From Mycolicibacterium smegmatis (GTDB lineage: Bacteria; Actinomycetota; Actinomycetes; Mycobacteriales; Mycobacteriaceae), in contig NZ_LN831039.1 in the NCBI RefSeq assembly GCF_001457595.1, forward strand, positions 3,630,001-3,662,000: DNA of 32,000 nucleotides, written 5' to 3'. Below are positions 18,199 to 26,161 of this stretch, piece after piece. The position numbers and the translations under genes are program-made. The notes under the pieces are model-generated. The model was not told where the DNA came from, searched no databases, and worked only from the letters and a program-made list of their open reading frames with translations. The number at the start of each line of letters is the position of its first letter. Positions within the stretch are counted from its first letter, which is position 1.

Positions 18199-18306
18199 GA
18201 AAATGCCACCTCCGGGTCCGCGAGTTTTCCCAACCTCCGGCGAACTGTGGGTTTGGTGGTGTAGCAATGGGGAACGTGAACTAGACGCCGTACCGAGGAG
18301 ATCCCG

Positions 18307-19599
18307 GTGGTCATGAGCGATAGTGCCCTTCACCTGCCCGCGGGCTTCGACTTCACGGACCCCGACATCTATGCCGAGCGGTTACCGGTCGACGAACTCG
18401 CCGAACTGCGTCGCGTGGCTCCGATCTGGTGGAACGCCCAACCCATCGGCGCGGGCGGCTTCGACGACGGCGGCTTCTGGGTGGTCACCAAGCACAAGGA
18501 CGTCAAGGAGATCTCGTTGCGCAGCGACGTCTTCTCCAGCCTGGAGAAGACCGCGCTGCCGCGTTATCCCGAAGGGACCGTTCAAGATCAGATCGAGCAG
18601 GGCAGGTTCGTGTTGCTCAACATGGACGCCCCGCATCACACCCATCTGCGCAAGATCATCTCCAGGGCCTTCACGCCGAGGGCCGTCGAACGGCTGCGTG
18701 ACGACCTCGCCGAGCGTGCCCGCGCCATCGTGCGCGCCGCCGCGGAGGAGGGTTCGGGCGACTTCGTCGAACAGGTCGCGTGCGAGTTGCCGCTGCAGGC
18801 CATCGCGGGCCTGATGGGCGTGCCACAGGAGGACCGCCGGAAACTGTTCGACTGGTCGAATCAGATGGTGGGAAACCAGGATCCGGAGTTCGTGGCCAAC
18901 GACGGCGCGAGTGCCGCGGTCGAGTTGATCACCTACGGCATGCAGTTGGCGGCCCAGCGCGCCGCCGCGCCGGGCGACGATCTGGTGACCAAGCTGGTGC
19001 AGGCCGACGTCGAAGGGCACAAACTCTCCGACGACGAGTTCGGGTTCTTCGTCGTCCTGCTCGCCGTGGCGGGTAACGAGACGACGCGCAACTCGATCAC
19101 GCAGGGCATGATGGCGTTCACCGACCATCGCGACCAATGGGAACTGTTCAAACGTGAGCGCCCGGTCACCACGGCCGACGAGATCGTGCGCTGGGCGACG
19201 CCGGTGACGTCGTTCCAGCGCACCGCACTTGCCGACACCGAGGTGAGCGGGGTGCGGATCAAGAAGGGCCAGCGGGTGGTGATGTTCTACCGCTCAGCGA
19301 ATTTCGACGAAGACGTCTTCACCGACCCGTACCGGTTCGACATCCTGCGCGACCCCAACCCACACGTCGGGTTCGGCGGCACCGGTGCGCACTACTGCAT
19401 CGGCGCCAACCTGGCCCGCATGACGATCGACCTCATCTTCAACGCGATCGCCGACGAGATGCCCGACCTGACACCGATATCCGAACCGGTGCGGTTGCGA
19501 TCGGGCTGGCTCAACGGCATCAAACACTGGCAGGTCGATTATCGCGGTGATGCTGCGAAACACCGCGCGGCGCAGGCGTCGTCGCAGGCAGATCGATGA
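18307..19599 (+). CDS. cyp125: cytochrome P450, CYP125 family (steroid C26-monooxygenase paralogue)
   Basis: Near-collinear with M. tuberculosis CYP125 as I remember it: LPAGFDFTDPDIYAERLPVDELAELR, LNMDAPHHTHLRKIIS, AGNETTRNS, heme loop FGGTGAHYCIGANLAR, and C-terminal WLNGIKHWQVDY. Start is GTG 18307 or ATG 18313. Confidence 0.95.
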   Translation: MVMSDSALHLPAGFDFTDPDIYAERLPVDELAELRRVAPIWWNAQPIGAGGFDDGGFWVVTKHKDVKEISLRSDVFSSLEKTALPRYPEGTVQDQIEQGRFVLLNMDAPHHTHLRKIISRAFTPRAVERLRDDLAERARAIVRAAAEEGSGDFVEQVACELPLQAIAGLMGVPQEDRRKLFDWSNQMVGNQDPEFVANDGASAAVELITYGMQLAAQRAAAPGDDLVTKLVQADVEGHKLSDDEFGFFVVLLAVAGNETTRNSITQGMMAFTDHRDQWELFKRERPVTTADEIVRWATPVTSFQRTALADTEVSGVRIKKGQRVVMFYRSANFDEDVFTDPYRFDILRDPNPHVGFGGTGAHYCIGANLARMTIDLIFNAIADEMPDLTPISEPVRLRSGWLNGIKHWQVDYRGDAAKHRAAQASSQADR

Positions 19600-19912
19600 T
19601 CGATCGCCAATAGTCCTCGCTGATCTCGGCATTCGACCGCAGTACCATGGCCAGACCGGTGGCCATCGCGATACCGAGCAACCCCAGCCACAGCCCGGCG
19701 AGCGCGATCACCACCCACAGCACCGTGGTGACGACGGGCCACGGCGAGACCACGGCGAGTACGGGCGCGAAGAAGAATCCGGTACCCACGTACCAGGCCG
19801 ACCCTGCCCGGTCGGCCATCAGCACATACCGCAGCCACCGCGGGATCGGATCTCGTGGCGACGCGTGAACCGGGCGAGTGGAAGGATTCCGTCGGGACGT
19901 CGGGGTGGGCAT
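19520..19912 (-). CDS. small membrane protein (2-3 TM helices), family not recognised
   Basis: ATG 19912 is preceded by AGGAGG. The hydrophobic core is GTGFFFAPVLAVVSPWPVVTTVLWVVIALAGLWLGLLGIAMATGLAMV. Its 3' tail overlaps the cyp125 3' end by 80 nt. Confidence 0.55.
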   Translation of the reverse strand: MPTPTSRRNPSTRPVHASPRDPIPRWLRYVLMADRAGSAWYVGTGFFFAPVLAVVSPWPVVTTVLWVVIALAGLWLGLLGIAMATGLAMVLRSNAEISEDYWRSIIDLPATTPAPRGVSQHHRDNRPASV

Positions 19913-19957
19913 GTGACCTCCTGCTTCTGGAAGACACATCCACGGTCGCGCCTTTCG

Positions 19958-19976
19958 GGTAATCGCCGCAATTACC
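19958..19976. promoter_or_regulatory. inverted repeat GGTAAT-N7-ATTACC in a divergent promoter region
   Basis: Perfect 6-bp arms between the membrane-protein start (19912) and the XRE regulator start (20022). It is a candidate operator with no known consensus to compare. Confidence 0.3.
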
Positions 19977-20021
19977 TCGCAGGTAGTGGCCTACGGGCAC
20001 GCCATCGGTGAGACTCGAGGA

Positions 20022-20798
20022 GTGACCAGCACCGTTCCCGGCACCTCGATCGGTTCGCTCGTGCGTCAGTGGCGGCAGCGACGGCGGATCAGCCAACTCG
20101 ACCTCGCGATCGAGGCCGACGTGTCGCCGCGCCATGTCAGCTTCATCGAGACCGGACGCGCACAGCCCAGCCGCGCCATGGTCCTGCGTCTGGCCGAAGC
20201 GCTCGACGTGCCGCGCCGTGAGCAGAACCAATTGCTGCTCGCGGCAGGGCTTGCGCCCGTGTACGCCGAACGGTCGCTCGACGACCCCGAGATGACCGCG
20301 GTGCGCGACGGCCTCATGCGCGTGCTGGACGCGTATGACCCGTACCCCTGCGTGGCCGTGGATCGCGAGTGGAACCTGTTGCGCGCCAACGCCGGGGCCG
20401 GCGTCATGCTCGATGGGGTCGCGCCGCACCTGCTGGAGCGGCCCAACGCGCTGCGCATCACGCTGCACCCCGAGGGCATGGCGCCGCGGATCCGCAATCT
20501 CGCCGAATGGCGCCACCATCTGATCAGCCGGTTGCGCCGCGAGGTGGCGGTGAGCGGATCCGGCGGACTGGCCGCCCTCCTGGCCGAGATCGAGTCCTAT
20601 CCCGGCGGATTCGCCACCAAGCACGATCTGGGCGGCGTCGCCGTGCCGTTGGAGTTGGACACCGGGCGCGGCGAGGTGCTGACGTTCTTGAGCACCGTGA
20701 CGACGTTCGGCACGGCACTGGACCTGACCGCGGCCGAGCTGAGCGTCGAGGCGTTCCTGCCTGCCGACGAGCAGACCGCCGCGGCCCTGCGGGGATGA
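20022..20798 (+). CDS. XRE-family HTH regulator with MmyB-like C-terminal ligand-binding domain
   Basis: HTH LVRQWRQRRRISQLDLAIEADVSPRHVSFIETGRAQPSRAMVLRLAEAL, followed by the MmyB-like block YPCVAVDREWNLLRANAGA. GTG 20022 has GAGGAG upstream. Confidence 0.85.
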   Translation: MTSTVPGTSIGSLVRQWRQRRRISQLDLAIEADVSPRHVSFIETGRAQPSRAMVLRLAEALDVPRREQNQLLLAAGLAPVYAERSLDDPEMTAVRDGLMRVLDAYDPYPCVAVDREWNLLRANAGAGVMLDGVAPHLLERPNALRITLHPEGMAPRIRNLAEWRHHLISRLRREVAVSGSGGLAALLAEIESYPGGFATKHDLGGVAVPLELDTGRGEVLTFLSTVTTFGTALDLTAAELSVEAFLPADEQTAAALRG

Positions 20799-20876
20799 TT
20801 TCGCGCAGGTGACGCCGGGTTCTCGCTGCGCGCAAGAGTTCTGGTCTGCGGTGATCAAATCATTGCCGAAGGTGAC

Positions 20877-21509
20877 GTGAGCCCGCATCGTGACGGCATG
20901 ACTGCCACCACCGATGCACCATCGACCCTCACCCCGGCGCGCATCTCGCGGCTGCGGGTGCCCGAACTCGAGGAACTCCAGAACGCGAACGTGCGAGGGT
21001 TCTTCACCCGCCAGCAGCGCGAGGAAGGGTTGACCTCCAACTGGTTCCGCGCACTGTCACTCAACGAGGACGATCTGGGCCGCCTGAACGGCTATCTGCT
21101 GCCCATCCTGGGCGCGGACGGGCGCGGCGGGCTGACCGCCCGTGAACGCGAGGTGATCGCGACCGTGGTGTCCGGGGAGAACCGGTGCGCGTACTGCCAC
21201 ACCAACCACGCCAACAAGCTCGGCAAGGTCGCCGGCGACTGGTCGTTCGGCCAGCGCGTCGCGATCGACCACACCCAGGTCGCCGAACTCACCGAGCGCG
21301 AGCGTGCGCTGGGTGACCTGGCCGTGCTGGTCAACAACCACCCCCAGCAGATCCGCGGCGAGGACTTCGACCGATTGCGGCGACTCGGCCTCGACGACCA
21401 CCTCATTCTCGAGGCGATCTCGATCGCGGCGTTCATCGGCGCGACCAACCGCATCGGCATCGCGCTGTCGGTGCCGCCGAACCCCGAGTACACAGGAATT
21501 CCGCAGTGA
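20877..21509 (+). CDS. carboxymuconolactone-decarboxylase (AhpD-like) family peroxidase-related enzyme
   Basis: CxxC-type motif in ENRCAYCHTNHA within an all-helical CMD-like sequence. The start is GTG 20877 (GAAGG upstream) or ATG 20898. Confidence 0.8.
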   Translation: MSPHRDGMTATTDAPSTLTPARISRLRVPELEELQNANVRGFFTRQQREEGLTSNWFRALSLNEDDLGRLNGYLLPILGADGRGGLTAREREVIATVVSGENRCAYCHTNHANKLGKVAGDWSFGQRVAIDHTQVAELTERERALGDLAVLVNNHPQQIRGEDFDRLRRLGLDDHLILEAISIAAFIGATNRIGIALSVPPNPEYTGIPQ

Positions 21510-21514
21510 ACCAC

Positions 21515-21525
21515 TGGTAAGACCA
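21515..21525. promoter_or_regulatory. candidate GntR/FadR-type operator TGGT-AAG-ACCA
   Basis: Palindrome of the t.GT.N3.AC.a type, 37 nt upstream of the GntR ATG. It is embedded in the direct repeat ACCACTGG/ACCACTTG. Confidence 0.4.
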
Positions 21526-21561
21526 CTTGACCCCTTGACCTCCTGACCATGGCGGGGCAGC

Positions 21562-22293
21562 ATGGCCGTCATGGCCCTGCAACCCGTGAACCGCAGATCG
21601 GTGCCAGAGGACGTGTTCGAACAGATCGTGTCCGAGGTGCTCACAGGCGAGATGCGGCCCGGCGAATCACTGCCGAGCGAACGCAGGCTCGCCGAGGTGC
21701 TCGGGGTCTCACGCCCCGCGGTACGTGAGGCGATCAAGCGCCTCACGGCCGCGGGACTGGTCGAGGTCCGTCAGGGTGACGCGACCACGGTGCGCGACTT
21801 CCGGCGTCATGCCGGCATGGATCTTCTGCCCCGTCTGCTGTTCCGCGCCGGTGAACTCGACACGTCCGTGGTGCGCAGCATCCTCGAGACGCGGCTGCAC
21901 AACGGGCCCAAGGTCGCCGAGCTCGCCGCCGAACGCCGCGGCCCGGAGCTCGTCGGACAACTCACCGCTGTGGTGCACGCGCTGGAGGCCGAAATTGATC
22001 CGATCCAGCGGCAGCGCCACGCGATGACCTTCTGGGACCACGTCGTGGACGGGGCGGACTCGATCGCGTTCCGGCTCATGTTCAACACGCTGCGAGAGAC
22101 GTACGAACCGGTGCTGCCCGCACTCGCCGCCGTGATGGCCGGGGAGGTCGCCGACCCCGACTCCTACCGCGCCATCACCAGGGCGATCTCCGACCGCGAC
22201 GCCGACGCCGCGCGCGGTGCCGCACAAAACCTGCTGGAGCCGGCCACGCACGCCCTGCTCGGAGCGCTCGATGCACTGGAGGCCGCACGATGA
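21562..22293 (+). CDS. GntR-family (FadR-subfamily) transcriptional regulator
   Basis: Winged-helix N-domain [36 protein letters not shown] plus an all-helical FCD-like C-domain. Confidence 0.9.
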   Translation: MAVMALQPVNRRSVPEDVFEQIVSEVLTGEMRPGESLPSERRLAEVLGVSRPAVREAIKRLTAAGLVEVRQGDATTVRDFRRHAGMDLLPRLLFRAGELDTSVVRSILETRLHNGPKVAELAAERRGPELVGQLTAVVHALEAEIDPIQRQRHAMTFWDHVVDGADSIAFRLMFNTLRETYEPVLPALAAVMAGEVADPDSYRAITRAISDRDADAARGAAQNLLEPATHALLGALDALEAAR

Positions 22294-22940
22294 GCCGGCG
22301 GGATTTCACGCTCGCCGACGCAGGCAGGGAGTTCGTCAGGCACCCCTCCCCCTGGATGATCGGCGTGACACTCGCGGCCGCGGCCACCGCGCGGACGATC
22401 GCCGGCGACTGGCAGGTCACCGACGCGGTGGTGCCCTTGGTGATGGTCGGGGTCTTCCCGCTGGCCGAGTGGGTCATCCACGTGGCCATACTGCACTGGC
22501 GGCCACGACGATTGGGCCCGGTGGTGGTGGACACCAGACTGGCCAGGGATCACCGCAGACACCACGCCGAACCACGCGACGTCCCGCTGATCTTCATCCC
22601 GTGGCCGACGCTGCTGTGGCTGCTGCCCGTCGCGACGGCCGTTGCGCTCGTGGCGTTTCCGCGGCCCGGTCTGGGCCTGACCTTCCTGACGCTGCTGACG
22701 GCCCTCGGATTGGGCTACGAGTGGTGCCACTACCTGATCCACAGTGATTACAAACCCAGATCCGATGTGTACCGGGCGATCTGGCGCAACCACCGCAGGC
22801 ACCACTTCAAGAACGAGCACTACTGGTTCACGGTCACCAGTGCGGGAACCGCCGACCGGGTTCTCGGGACCTGCCCCGACCCGGCTACCGTGCTGACTTC
22901 ACCGACCGCCAGGCAGCTGCACGTCACGCCTGCACGATGA
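22290..22940 (+). CDS. fatty-acid-hydroxylase/sterol-desaturase superfamily membrane protein
   Basis: His boxes HVAILH, HRRHH, HYLIH and HRRHH between hydrophobic segments. ATG 22290 overlaps the GntR stop (ATGA). Confidence 0.8.
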   Translation: MSRRDFTLADAGREFVRHPSPWMIGVTLAAAATARTIAGDWQVTDAVVPLVMVGVFPLAEWVIHVAILHWRPRRLGPVVVDTRLARDHRRHHAEPRDVPLIFIPWPTLLWLLPVATAVALVAFPRPGLGLTFLTLLTALGLGYEWCHYLIHSDYKPRSDVYRAIWRNHRRHHFKNEHYWFTVTSAGTADRVLGTCPDPATVLTSPTARQLHVTPAR

Positions 22941-23703
22941 TCGGATCACCCACACTGACCATGTCGTAGTACCACGCCGCGTTGTCCGGGCTCAGGTTGA
23001 TGCAGCCGTGGCTGACGTTGGCATATCCCTGCGAGCCGACCGACCACGGCGCGGAGTGCACGTAGACCCCACCCCATGTGACCCGCACGGCGTGGTTGAC
23101 CGTGAGCTTGTATCCCTCAGGGTCGCTCAAAGGGATGCCGATGGTCCGCGAATCCATCACTACCACAGGTTCTTTGGCCAGTGCGGTGAAGGTTCCCCTT
23201 GGCGTGGGGAATTTCGGCTTGCCCATGGAGGCGGGCATCTTCCGCAGAACCTCGCCGTCGACGCTGACCGTGAAGGTGTGGGCATCGATGTCGGCGACAC
23301 CGAGAACCTCGGCGCCGGTGTTGAAACTCGTCTTCACGCCGCCGACCGACAGCGAGATGGTCGAGTGTGCGGGCCAGAACTCGTCGGGAGTCCATTCCAT
23401 GACCGCGGCCTCTGGCCAGCGGAACCGGCCGGCGGAGGTGTCCGTCGAGGCGATCCGCAGGCTGCGTTCGGCACTCCGGCGGTCGGTGACCGGCTCGGCG
23501 AACCGGACCGTCACCGGATGGGCCACCCCGACCACCGCACCCGCGGCAGGTTCGACCTGTGCAACCTCCACCGGGGTGCTCACGGCCGCGGACGCGACGT
23601 TAACCGGAACAGCGGTGGCCGCGACGGCGAGACCGACCGCCGCAAACAGTTTCCAGACCGAACCCCGACCTGACCTGGATCCGCGCCCTAGCGAGTTGAG
23701 CAT
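22924..23703 (-). CDS. L,D-transpeptidase (YkuD domain) with N-terminal signal/anchor
   Basis: Catalytic motif HSAPWSVGSQGYANVSHGCINLSPDNAAWYY. The signal-like N-terminus is WKLFAAVGLAVAATAVPVNVASA. Start is ATG 23703, and the track start 23796 is an extension. Confidence 0.9.
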   Translation of the reverse strand: MLNSLGRGSRSGRGSVWKLFAAVGLAVAATAVPVNVASAAVSTPVEVAQVEPAAGAVVGVAHPVTVRFAEPVTDRRSAERSLRIASTDTSAGRFRWPEAAVMEWTPDEFWPAHSTISLSVGGVKTSFNTGAEVLGVADIDAHTFTVSVDGEVLRKMPASMGKPKFPTPRGTFTALAKEPVVVMDSRTIGIPLSDPEGYKLTVNHAVRVTWGGVYVHSAPWSVGSQGYANVSHGCINLSPDNAAWYYDMVSVGDPIIVQA

Positions 23704-23709
23704 TCTTCC

Positions 23710-23715
23710 AGTGTA
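23710..23715 (-). promoter_or_regulatory. possible -10 hexamer TACACT positioned for a leaderless ldt transcript
   Basis: The minus strand reads TACACT-GGAAGA-ATG. The TANNNT hexamer ends 6 nt before the start codon and there is no convincing SD sequence. Confidence 0.3.
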
Positions 23716-23828
23716 GGTTGTCGAAACGACCATGCCCGGTAAACACCTGGCGACACGGCTTCCGGCCGCACCGGCCCGACGGGGTGAAGGTTGCATACCC
23801 GGTCATCGGTGTGGAATGCCCAAGCGTT

Positions 23829-24434
23829 TCATCCGATGTCGGCCCGGCCTGCGGCGAGTGCGCGTGTGAGCGCCATCAGCGCGTAGCCACAGCCTGCGAA
23901 CACCACGCCGAGAAGAGCGATGTTGGTCAGCACCGCCCACGGCCCGACAGCGGCGGGGTCCAGGAAGTAATACGGCACCCGGCGCCCGGCACCACTGAGC
24001 ACCAGCAACGCCACCGCTGCGTAAACAGCCGGATACAGCAACCACGTCAACGGTTGCCACCACCGGATCGCACCCTGGACGCCGTGCGCCATCAGCCACT
24101 CCGCGACGGCGAGCACGGGGACGACCACGTGCAGCAGCACATTCGCGGGCGTGTAGCCCATACTCACCTGGGCGAGAAAGAGATTCCAGATCACGCCCGC
24201 CATCACCACATGGAGCACCACGCCGCCACGAAGACCCGCGCGTGTGTCCGCACGCGGCGAGACCAGGGTCCACAGGTAGAACGCGGCCGCCATGAGATTC
24301 GCCTGGTAGGTGAACGTGATGAGCCGCCACAGCACGCCCGAGCGGGTGGAGTACTCGACCACGACCAGCGCGGCCACCACAGCCGCGACGATGCAGATCC
24401 GGATGCCGAGCCGCAGCCGGGTGCGCAGGTTCAC
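23829..24434 (-). CDS. Pr6Pr-family (FAR-17a/AIG1-like) integral membrane protein
   Basis: 201 aa with about 6 hydrophobic helices and conserved-looking TFTYQANL and YYFLD blocks. It starts 23 nt after the upstream gene stop. Confidence 0.7.
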   Translation of the reverse strand: MNLRTRLRLGIRICIVAAVVAALVVVEYSTRSGVLWRLITFTYQANLMAAAFYLWTLVSPRADTRAGLRGGVVLHVVMAGVIWNLFLAQVSMGYTPANVLLHVVVPVLAVAEWLMAHGVQGAIRWWQPLTWLLYPAVYAAVALLVLSGAGRRVPYYFLDPAAVGPWAVLTNIALLGVVFAGCGYALMALTRALAAGRADIG

Positions 24435-24457
24435 CTGATCGAGCGTAACCGTCGCCG

Positions 24458-25888
24458 TCAGGGAGCCGGTGGCGCCTCGGGCGCGGGCTCCGGTTCCACG
24501 GGGGCCGGTTCGGCCGGGGGCGGATCGGGCGGTGGGACGTCCGCCGGTGGCGGCGGATCCGCAGCGGGCGGGGCCTCGGGAGCCGGCGGCGGCTCAGGCG
24601 GGGCCTCGGGAGCCGGTGCATCGTCGACCGGGGGTGCAGGGGGTGCGCCGGGCGGGGGTATGGGTGTGATCTCCGCCGGCGGTGGCGGTTCGCCGATCAC
24701 CATCTGCTCGGGAACATCCGGCTCGCCACGCAACCGGTCGCGGATGCGGCTGAGCAACGGCTTCTTCGTCGGCGGTGCGGGGATGACCACAGGCGGTGGC
24801 AACGCGGTCGCCGCGTCCGGCAGTGGCAACTGTGGGGGCAGCTGCGGAAGCGCCTGCTCGACCGGCGATTCGGCAACGTCGGCGAGCGGTGGATCGACTG
24901 CCGGCGGCACGGCCTCGGCGACCTCCGCCGCCGGCGGCGCCTGTGGGGGCGGAGGGGGCGCCGCGGGCAGAGCAGGGGGCAGTTGCCGCACGGCGGCGGG
25001 TGTGCCCGAGGTGTTCACCACCGGGCGTGTCGGCCGCTCGAAGGCCTGTTCACGCGGCGACATCTGCTGACTTATGGCCAGAGACAGCGAGACGACGAAC
25101 GTCACGACCCCTACCAGGAGCATCGCCGCGGGCGCCAACTGCCGACTGGTCCACCGCGACCGCTGCTGATCGGCCTTGTCGGGGAACATGAATCGGCCGC
25201 GGCGTGCCGATACGAGTGCCGCACCGCGCGCGAGAGCGAGATCCCCGTCGGCCGGGGTGAAGACCGGAATACCAAGCGCGGCTTGCAACTTCGGCATCAA
25301 GCGGTCGACGTCGGCGTCGAGGTCGACGGCCGATCCGACCACCACAAGCGCATCGGGCACGCGCCCGGAGGCCGCCAGCAGACGTTCGAGCCAACCGACC
25401 AGACCACGCACGCTCCCGATCGCCCTGCTGCGGGCCGTGTCCACCACACCGTCGCGCCGGTCGACCGTGAGGGCCAGTGCGCCTTCCGGTTCGAAGACGC
25501 ACACCACGGTGGTCGCGAATCCGGCCATGTCGGCGATGCTGTTGGCGAGCGCGTCGGTTGCCTGCCGGAACCGCACATCGACGACATTGTCGAAGCCGGC
25601 CTCGTTCAGGTCGCCGACCAGTTCGGCCGCTTGCATGTCCGCGCCGTCGCTCCACGTCACACCGATGGACCGCAGCCTTCTGCCGTTGTCTGCGGCCACG
25701 TTCTCCGCACGCGCGACCGTCGCGACGATCTCTTTCCGGGCGGCGCGGGCACGGCTCAGGTCCAGACCTGCCACGTCGAACAGCTCGAGATCGAGGTTCA
25801 CGGCCTCGAAGTCGGCCGCCGAATCCCCCTCGACCAGCACCATGCCGACGGTGGAGGGCGTCACCGAGACGCCGATCACCGCGTCCAC
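24458..25888 (-). CDS. DUF7159-like membrane protein: cytoplasmic N-domain, single TM, long Pro-rich C-terminal tail
   Basis: GTG 25888 with AAGGGGG upstream. N-terminus is VIGVSVTPSTVGMVLVEG, the TM segment is LAPAAMLLVGVVTFVVSLSLAI near residue 250, and about 200 aa of PPxP/APEAPP repeats follow. Confidence 0.8.
   Translation of the reverse strand: MDAVIGVSVTPSTVGMVLVEGDSAADFEAVNLDLELFDVAGLDLSRARAARKEIVATVARAENVAADNGRRLRSIGVTWSDGADMQAAELVGDLNEAGFDNVVDVRFRQATDALANSIADMAGFATTVVCVFEPEGALALTVDRRDGVVDTARSRAIGSVRGLVGWLERLLAASGRVPDALVVVGSAVDLDADVDRLMPKLQAALGIPVFTPADGDLALARGAALVSARRGRFMFPDKADQQRSRWTSRQLAPAAMLLVGVVTFVVSLSLAISQQMSPREQAFERPTRPVVNTSGTPAAVRQLPPALPAAPPPPPQAPPAAEVAEAVPPAVDPPLADVAESPVEQALPQLPPQLPLPDAATALPPPVVIPAPPTKKPLLSRIRDRLRGEPDVPEQMVIGEPPPPAEITPIPPPGAPPAPPVDDAPAPEAPPEPPPAPEAPPAADPPPPADVPPPDPPPAEPAPVEPEPAPEAPPAP
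24567..24616. repeat. 30-nt-period tandem duplication inside the Pro-rich coding tail
   Basis: GGCGGGGCCTCGGGAGCCGG occurs at 24567-24586 and again at 24597-24616. It encodes APEAPP repeats on the minus strand. Confidence 0.6.
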
Positions 25889-26161
25889 CTACACCCCCTT
25901 GGAGCAGTGGCCACGCGGTCCCGACCGAGCGAGATGACACCGCTGGCCGGACCCGCCGCATGTGGCCGTCGTCCACCTGTTCCGAGCCGACCTTACCGGT
26001 GCTCCACTCGCCCCGCGCACCCGGGCTCTGCCCTTACGGACGCGAAATGTGCTGTGCCACAGAACACCCTGCACACAGCGGGCTTTCCGTTTGCCCACCG
26101 GATCGCTGGATTTTCTGCGCTTCCCGCCGATGCGCTCACCGAGCGTGGCAAGGTGACCCCC

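Noticed and set aside
23718-25070. A 450-aa + strand ORF with long Gly/Ser/Ala runs (GAGGASGAGSGSTGAGSAGGGSGGG) that superficially resembles a PE_PGRS-type protein
   Set aside because: It is the antisense reading of the CCN-rich proline-repeat tail of the minus-strand gene at 24458-25888 and of the Pr6Pr gene. It has no PE domain and no RBS, and it spans two well-supported genes on the other strand.
24983-26161. A 393-codon N-terminal extension of the POT transporter ORF (track start 24983)
   Set aside because: The extension is antisense to the DUF7159-like gene and has no transporter features. The POT family signature begins right after ATG 26162.
25889-26161. A possible riboswitch upstream of the peptide transporter
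   Set aside because: I could not match any riboswitch core motif I know. It is kept only as a low-interest repeat observation.
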